Assembly: GCA_023334545.1 (NCBI GenBank)
Contig: JAADVB010000089.1
Location: 1-64,000, forward strand
Source: Salisapilia sapeloensis CBS 127946
Lineage: Eukaryota; Protista; Oomycota
Reading direction: 5' to 3'
DNA: 64,000 bases
Position numbers and translations under genes: made by a program. The first letter of the stretch is position 1. Every line of letters begins with the position of its first letter. This document shows, piece after piece, positions 56,852-64,000 of the stretch. Below the pieces are notes generated by a model. The model saw only the letters and a list, made by a program, of their open reading frames with translations. It made no database searches and had not been told where the DNA came from.

Positions 56852-58651
56852 ATGCTGGTGCGAGGGATACTCCTACGTCCTGCAGTTCGATGGCGAACTC
56901 CTTGCACGATTCGAGCTGCCAGTGCTCTAAGCACACATACACAATCTACTATCTTGGAAGAAAATGCTGAAAAGCTTGAGGAACACAGGTCTCGATGCCA
57001 GCCTCATGCCATGACGCCACCTCACCAGCACCATAAGGCAGTAATAGCAAAAGTAAATGGATCTACCAATGCTACAGAAGTGAATGAATCTACAGAATCC
57101 ATTCAAGAGTCTCCAATTAAACTTGCAGGGTCAATTCCAGAGCAAGAAGCGCTTGATACAGCTCGAGACGGACTGAACAAGGTATGGGAAGACGCAAAAA
57201 AAGAGCAAGAGGACTTGGATCGTACGTTAAATCGCACTCGTACCTACCAGGCAAAAGAAAAGCAACGTATGAAAGCCTTGTCTCGATTATTGGACACGTA
57301 TCTTCGCAATTTAAACGTCCGAAAACAATTTGATGTCGTCGAAGCCGTCGCGTACTTATGGGAAGACGTCTTCCCTCAATTCAAAGGCAATTCCAGGCAT
57401 TTAAAGGTACTTTGTGACAACTACGCTTGGGCGTTAAATCAGCAGAAACGCTTCCATCAGACTATCGACGTCTTTGTCACGAAGCATTTCGCACGCAATC
57501 ATCCGTCTCGACCAATCTTCCTCTCTCGCAAGCTCTCCGACGCAGTCTTTCTCGCTTGTGGACACACTGGATCTTCGAAACAAGCCCTTGAGTTGTTACA
57601 AGCCCATCGACAACGAGAAACACCTCTCTCGAACGTTGCATACTTCCATCTCATCCATACTTTGCTTCGAGACGATGACTTTATCGATCTCGACTTGGTC
57701 CTCTCTCTATGTACAGAGCTTCATGAACGAACGCAGGAAGGTATTCCACTATCTCTCGTTCCACTTGTCCTTCAGTCAGCAGCTGAAAGTGGCGCATTGA
57801 ACAGGGCGATGGAGTTGTACGTTCATCCGCCAAATGCGCGCTTAGATACATACTCTATCTTTCGTTTCGAAATCGCTTTACAGAAACTAACGGATCGTCG
57901 TTGCTTTCGACAAGTACTTGTCATCTACCAAAAGCTCATGCGTACTGTCCCAATGGACGTCCAGAAACGTATATCGAAAGACTTGTTAAACCGATGTAGC
58001 ACGGACCTGGCACAACCATCCATCCTTTTCAAGATCCTAGATGTCATGCAAGAGCATGGCGTACGAACGAATGCTACAAGCACCATTTCGCTCTTCAAAG
58101 CACTGTTCGAGCATCATCACTTTGCTTCAATCGATGCTTTTGAAGCATTTGTCGAACAGTACGATCGTGTCTTTCGCATGAACTCTTTCCTTGTCTCGGA
58201 AGCTGCCATCGCGGCAGCTCAAGTCAAGGACAGTCAGATGGTGGAACAAGTACTAGGCTTTGCGTTGGAACGAGAGATCTTTATCAAATACGCAGCCTTA
58301 GAACAAGCCATCGCGTGCTTTTATAAACTCAAGACGAACGATAGCATGGTTTTCGTAGCCGATATGGTCAAGTTCTTGCGTCGGAATCAACACATTCCAC
58401 TTGGTGTCGCCGTGTGTGAGATGGGCATGATGGCCAATGCAGCTCTAGGTCGAGACCAAGAAGTCGTGCTCGTGTTTGAAGACTTTGCGTCGAGAGATGG
58501 GGAGAACCAACGTGTTGTCTATCGAAGTCGAATGCTCGAACAGGCAGAACGGGCGTACATTCGTCTCAATCAACTAGAGGAAGCAAGTGCCGTTCGACAG
58601 CTTTTGAATCGTACGAAAGATGACGTCGTGTTGCCGGATGAAAGGAGGTAG
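56852..58651 (+). CDS. Probable mitochondrion-targeted helical-repeat (PPR-like) protein
   Basis: R-rich, acid-free N-terminus (MLVRGILLRPAVRWRTPCTIRAASALS). Recurrent ~35-aa helix pairs (P.SNVAYFHLIHTL, YAALEQAIAC, ALGRDQEVVLVFEDF). Confidence 0.5.
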   Translation: MLVRGILLRPAVRWRTPCTIRAASALSTHTQSTILEENAEKLEEHRSRCQPHAMTPPHQHHKAVIAKVNGSTNATEVNESTESIQESPIKLAGSIPEQEALDTARDGLNKVWEDAKKEQEDLDRTLNRTRTYQAKEKQRMKALSRLLDTYLRNLNVRKQFDVVEAVAYLWEDVFPQFKGNSRHLKVLCDNYAWALNQQKRFHQTIDVFVTKHFARNHPSRPIFLSRKLSDAVFLACGHTGSSKQALELLQAHRQRETPLSNVAYFHLIHTLLRDDDFIDLDLVLSLCTELHERTQEGIPLSLVPLVLQSAAESGALNRAMELYVHPPNARLDTYSIFRFEIALQKLTDRRCFRQVLVIYQKLMRTVPMDVQKRISKDLLNRCSTDLAQPSILFKILDVMQEHGVRTNATSTISLFKALFEHHHFASIDAFEAFVEQYDRVFRMNSFLVSEAAIAAAQVKDSQMVEQVLGFALEREIFIKYAALEQAIACFYKLKTNDSMVFVADMVKFLRRNQHIPLGVAVCEMGMMANAALGRDQEVVLVFEDFASRDGENQRVVYRSRMLEQAERAYIRLNQLEEASAVRQLLNRTKDDVVLPDERR

Positions 58652-58736
58652 TAATAGAGTCTGGTTTGTCAATCATCTTTTTCTACGTCTTGTGAGACCA
58701 TGGGATCATCGTCTTCGTGTATTATTCTAAGAGAGG

Positions 58737-61700
58737 TTAGAGAAGGACGATAGTGTTATAAGAGCTAGAAAGAGACCGGTAGAAGAGTTGGAGTTGGTCA
58801 GGCGTCAAGATATCTTGTGTAATGCTGGATAAATCTTGATATCTAAAGAGATGTAAGTGATAGGAAGAAGAGAAGGAGGTGACAAGATACGTCATGTGGA
58901 AAAGTGTGGAGAGAGGAGCTTTGTCGAGAAGGGATTGGGCGGCGTAGTGGTTCATGGTTTGCGTCGATACGAGAAAGTGTTCATGGCGAGAGACATCGTC
59001 CTGGAGGAATGGACGCTCGTACCATACAGCCGGGAGGATCCGATACTTGTCGACTGCTTCATCAGCGCACTTGTCAATGATCGAACGGATACAAGTCGCT
59101 ACTTCCTGTATCGTTGAGCTACACCACCTTGATGTCAGTACGTTATAAGATAAAAGGATGGATATGTACCATAGGAAAGTGTGTATAGTGCTCTGGAAGC
59201 GTTGGAGAGCTTCATAGAAAGCACTTAACGTTTTCTCACTCGCAGTCGTTGTCTCTGCATCTACATCTATGATCAAAACAAGCACTTTTATATGATCGAG
59301 ATGACCATGTACCGATGACGATCCAAAGAGATGCATATTCGATCTGTCTTGCCGCGAGATCGAATGTAAGTGACTTCATCATTTGCATATCTATCTATAA
59401 CCTAAGCAAAGGATAGGAAGAATGCGGTAGCGAATGGACCTTGAAAGCACGTGTGGTCTAGGATAGAGATTGCATTGCGTTCATCGACGGTAAAATCAAT
59501 TGGAGACGGCAGATCCCGCTCGATGATGCTAACGGCATACTCGGAATCCAAACTCTCCAACAGTTCATCCTACCTCATCGTCAGATCATGCCCTCATGTA
59601 TCATTAGAATTGTTTTATACGTTTTGTAGGAAACTCTCGGAGCAAATGATACGAACTGGTGTCAGCTCTTGCTTTGAAGACTCTTCTGGTGCTACAGAAT
59701 ACTCTTCTTCACGAGGTACTTGCTTCTCGCCACCAAAGTGTCGATATAGACGCTCCAAGTCGATACTGTTCTCAGGACCGATGGATCGAATGTACTTGTC
59801 ACTACACAATAGTCTCCAGATAAAATCCACGACATCTAGCTTAACGGATTTATCTGCTTTCTCCATGACAAACATAACCATCCTATAAACCATTAAACTA
59901 GAATATAAAGACACACGGATCATATCGAGAAGAAACCTTAGTAGATGGACCCATGACACTTGACGAAAGGTCATACACATCTCCACTAGCGCTTCTCTTG
60001 ACTTGCCATTTGGATTCTCTTGAACCTTATTGAGGTCTCCGTGATACTGCATGATAATTATCTCCAACTTTTCCAACGACAAGTACCTCAACGCATCATT
60101 GATCGATGTCGAGTTTAACACTAACACTTTCTTCCGACGTAGATCCCACAATGCAGGCCGCACCAACTGCGACAGCAGTGCATATCGATCTGTATCAGCA
60201 AGACGCTGTGTCTTTCGAGGTGGAGCAAACACCTTAGTGTCCTCGAAAACAGTCAGGACGTCCTCCACGATACACGAAGTAGAAGGAAGACGCGTAGCTT
60301 TCATAGGAACTTTGCGACTTACTGTTTGCTCTCTAGAGCGATCAATTACATCTCTCGGTGTTTCGACAGCAATAGTACTGTCATCTGGATCCTCTGTCGT
60401 GGCATTTACGACTGATGTATGCTGCCAAAAGTCTTTTGCTCTTGCCATGACCTCGTGTGGTATCGTAAATAGACGATCTTGATACTGTTTTATAGCTTTC
60501 TTAACTTTCTCGACATGCCACATCGATGGAAATGTCATCGTGACACCAGCTAAAGCAGATGAAGGAAGGATACAACCCTTTTGAATGTACATTTTAGCGA
60601 CTCGGTGACTTTGCATCACGAATTTACTCGGTGCTTTCTCATGGAACATTTGATCGGACTTGAGGACAGATCGAGGAAGAAGGACGGATCGGAGCTGGAT
60701 GGCGGTCAATTTACCTTCCTGTAGCTGAAGTTCTTGTAGAACGTTATATTCTTCCTCCCATGTCTCGAGTGAAGTAGGGAGGTGCTCTAGAAAGCTAGAA
60801 GAAAGTGGGCGTGATAAAAGTAACGCTGCCGTCTTCCGTATCATCTTTCGATATAATGCGACTGAGATGGTGGAAAGAGGGGATACGGGCGGATGCATGT
60901 CCATCGGTTCCATACGTAGAGGTCGTAACGCTGCGATAAAGGGTGCAGTCTTTGCATTCCTGTCAGAGGTATATAAAGCACAGAACTCCTGTATCTCATG
61001 GTACAGAGTGTCCTGGATGCTGTGCTTGGAGGATGCCTGCAGCCACGCAAAGCTTGTCTCCTTATACTCTACCTTGTCTATCATATCTGCCGATTTGATA
61101 GGGTTGTTTGGTGCGTGCAACGAAGAGTTTATATCTAAAGCTTGAGACCTTCTCATGACCGGCGGCATATCCAGTTCCTTTAGGTATGCAGGAGAACTCA
61201 AATCTGTAGATGATGCTACATCCATGCGAGTATCCTGCTGACTTGTTTTTGCGTTTACGAGGCCAATAAACTCACTTTCCCAATTACTTTCGATGCATGT
61301 TAGTGCGACATCACTTGTACAATTGGTAGTAGATGATAGATACCTGTTCCTGACATCAAGATTAAGACTTGACAAGTTAGGCATGTCCTTCATCAGCATT
61401 TCTAGTTTGCTTATAATCTGTAGACTGTCATTGTGGAGAGGAGAGCGTATATCTGCCAGCTTATCATGGTGATGGAAGTCGTTCCAATCTGCCTCTTGTA
61501 GAGCTATCTGTTCTGTTGGCGCATGATCTTTTTCCTGGATTAAATTATGCTTCTCGGAGTAATCAAAGGCTCCTAAAGGTGCTAATTGACGGTCTTCGTG
61601 CTGCTCAACGCATGCTCGAAGCCTTGTACCAAGCTTCTTTAAATCCACTGTGGAGTATACTTGGTCCCACCAAGATGCATCAGCCAGAGAACTGCTATAA

Positions 61701-61843
61701 TTCTTCTCGCATTCATTGTAAAACACTTGAGGAGTCCAATCTCCTCTCATGTCAACTTGAAGCACTCGATGATAAGCAGCATCTCCATACAGCTTCTTTC
61801 TCTCAGCTCGTGCCTCTTGCACATATGCTACCAGGGAAACCAT
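58737..61843 (-). CDS. SHOC1: SHOC1/Zip2-like meiotic protein with C-terminal XPF/ERCC4-like and HhH region (multi-exon)
   Basis: ORFs 59615-61843 and 58737-59336 join via introns 59620-59570, 59439-59391, 59312-59267, 59169-59128 and 58890-58843. The product has IIERDL..DFTVDER.AI, YASLWIVI and WYERPFLQDDVSRHEHFLVSTQTMNHYAAQSLLDK, resembling the SHOC1 C-terminus as recalled. Confidence 0.6.
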
Positions 61844-62067
61844 CAGGTTATATCGGCTTCATATACACTACCTAAATACCACCGAGACAGAACGAACCTT
61901 TCATAGCATCCGCATAGCTGTCACTAGCTATAAACGGCCACATCGGTATTCTTGTTCCTTTGCGTCCTTTTAACTTGATATTTGTATATAACTTCAACAT
62001 ATATGGAAGACATTTTCTAGTTACCATATAGGCGGAATGACAGCTTTATTGGTACTTACTACAGATC

Positions 62068-62946
62068 CTAATACCGTAGACTGTGCTTGACGATCTGAAG
62101 GACTTGAATTCGATAACCAAGATCATCATTTGTCTCGACTATCTTTCGTAGTCGATCGACGAGAGCCTGCTCTTGAAGCTGGGCTTGAGCGAATTGTAGA
62201 CGGAGTGTACCACAGCGTTCATCCAGGCCTTGACATCGGAAGAACCTTTCATTAAACTCTGTCTTGATTGTAGCGATCTCCACTTTAACGGCTGCCAATT
62301 CGGCGTACAATTCGTTGTCAAACTTTCGCGGTGATTTGCGTGGAGAAGCCAAGTTTCGCATGGGTAGTATCAATCGAGTCTTGGCAATTTGTAGCTTAGG
62401 TGGGGAGCCTAGTGGAGTAGCAAAGCGCTTCGTCGCTTCCTGAATTAACGACTTTGTGTCATCGAGTTGTCGGATTGCGTTCTCTCTTGCACTTAGAAGA
62501 TCTATCAGACGCTGCTCGAACGTCTCAATCTGCTTGTCGTACTCTACTCGTATCTCAACTGACTTATCTAGTTCCTCTTCCACAGCCATTCGCTGTCGTA
62601 TACGTATTGATAGTTGGTCTCTTGCTTGTTCATGCTCTTGGATAGCTTCCAGCCACTTGTAAAAGTCTTCCTGTTGCAAATCCCTGTAAGCACCATCAGC
62701 GTTGTTATCGACACCATCGCTTTGTAAAAAAGATGGGATCTCTTTAGATGATCCTAGATCATCTATTGAACTTGATAGTAACCACTCTACAAATGGAGCA
62801 AATTGGTCTACTACAGGTGTCACGGAAGGCACCATAGTCTGCCATTGTATCCGTTGGCAGAGCACTTCATCCAGTGTCAACGTTGGTGGCTGTAGGCTCA
62901 GTATGAGGTCACCAAATTCCTCGTCATCACTCATCACGTGCAGCAT
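62068..62946 (-). CDS. Coiled-coil hypothetical protein
   Basis: 292-aa ORF with long E/Q/R heptad segments and an SP-rich linker (SPRKSPRK). Confidence 0.75.
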   Translation of the reverse strand: MLHVMSDDEEFGDLILSLQPPTLTLDEVLCQRIQWQTMVPSVTPVVDQFAPFVEWLLSSSIDDLGSSKEIPSFLQSDGVDNNADGAYRDLQQEDFYKWLEAIQEHEQARDQLSIRIRQRMAVEEELDKSVEIRVEYDKQIETFEQRLIDLLSARENAIRQLDDTKSLIQEATKRFATPLGSPPKLQIAKTRLILPMRNLASPRKSPRKFDNELYAELAAVKVEIATIKTEFNERFFRCQGLDERCGTLRLQFAQAQLQEQALVDRLRKIVETNDDLGYRIQVLQIVKHSLRY

Positions 62947-63121
62947 CTAGCGACATTGATCAGATGACAGTTATATTATCTACCGAACGGTTTCATCTTT
63001 CACTTATTATTAGTTGCAGCGTCATTAGATGTATGCCTCATCATGCATGTACCAAGGTAATGTATACTAGTTTATCTGACTTCAAAAAGAGAGGATTGTT
63101 TCATTTCAACGAATACCTAGT

Positions 63122-63780
63122 CTACCTATTACGTTCATTCCTCATCTCTTGTATCGCCTGATACCGTCCAGTGTAGTATCCGGACTGATACCACGAAAGC
63201 AATAAAGTCGCTAGTTCATCATTCTGACCAGATTGCTTCAACCCCGGTGTGTGTACGCCAGGCATGGCAGGCATTGGCATACCTGTCCCAAAGTTTGGTT
63301 GAGGTGGTGGTACAGTGGATTGCTGTTGAGTGAATTGAGCTTGTAAATCGGCATAAGCTTGTGCGTACGCTCTTTGGTATGCTTCATCTTGAGGTGCACC
63401 ACTAGCATGGGCTGCATCGAACTGATAGGTCTCAGTAACTTGGGCCTCTTCTTGACTTGCCTGAGCAAATTCTTTCGGTACATGAAATTCCAACGATTTC
63501 TTCTTGGCGTGCTTTGTGTTTTTAGCAGGCTTTTCGTTCTTTGGTGCTTTTGATCTACTGGTATCCGCTTAGAAACACGTAGCTATGTGGATAGACAGAA
63601 AAGATACGTTTGACGGCTAGTAGTACGCTGCTGATCACGTAGTGCTTCATTAAAGGCCTATCAGTGGACACGAACATGAGTTGGAACACGCTGATATTGT
63701 ATATGGATAGAGTGTACATTAACGATGGCCATATCATCCCACTTTTCTTCCATGGGCACTTCTTCTTCATTAACTTCCAT
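63122..63780 (-). CDS. SMN: Survival motor neuron protein lacking the Tudor domain (3 exons, 179 aa)
   Basis: Exons 63780-63718, 63657-63627 and 63567-63122 give the Gemin2-binding KWDDMAIVNAFNEAL, a proline-rich stretch and the YG box LLLSWYQSGYYTGRYQA. Confidence 0.85.
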
Positions 63781-64000
63781 CTATGCAAACTTCATGAGCT
63801 TCATGTAGAAGATACAAGGGTACAGAGTCGTTATAAAGGCGCGAAACCGTACCATGTTCATGTTTCTCGTTTCGTGTCCAAATATGTATCTTCTTAGAAC
63901 AACCTTCCAACAACCTTCACATCTGCTTCGCAGCTGCGAGACTTCCACCCACCATGATAGAATTTTTTTCTTGTAAAGACGAGCTACCTTGTATCGGAGG

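Noticed and set aside
1-64000. tRNA, rRNA, snRNA, CRISPR arrays, telomeric repeats and prokaryotic defence or operon systems
   Set aside because: No T-loop/cloverleaf, rRNA/snRNA signatures, repeat-spacer arrays or TTTAGGG arrays noticed by eye; genes are eukaryotic with spliceosomal introns. tRNAscan-SE and Infernal would be needed to exclude ncRNAs formally.

Overview
Eukaryotic DNA, most likely an oomycete (stramenopile). This is an inference from FYVE+GAF and START+FYVE architectures, elicitin-like domains, Cys/His GGG zinc-finger repeats, TKL kinases and oomycete-type INR-FPR/CCAAT core promoters. The genome is compact: about 33 protein-coding genes, mostly 42-61 nt GT-AG introns, and convergent genes often under 100 bp apart. 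Many genes are fragmented or absent in the ORF track; by manual splicing I reconstructed ZC3H15/TMA46, STT3, an EF-hand/WD40 protein, FHIP, a SHOC1/Zip2-like gene, a Tudor-less SMN and several small multi-exon genes. I saw no rRNA, tRNA, CRISPR array or intact transposon, and no operon-like new system is demonstrable from sequence alone. Best leads: (i) an Orai-like channel lacking both selectivity glutamates, close to a six-module calcineurin-B-like EF-hand protein; (ii) an Fe-S-less CysH-type PAPS/APS reductase fused to its own glutaredoxin; (iii) a gene-sparse, pseudogene-rich 6-17 kb island, bracketed by two SemiSWEET-like half-transporters, holding a P450, a tandem-elicitin membrane protein and a bacterial-like secreted DUF4874/DUF4832 protein. 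All family assignments come from motif recall, not from database searches.
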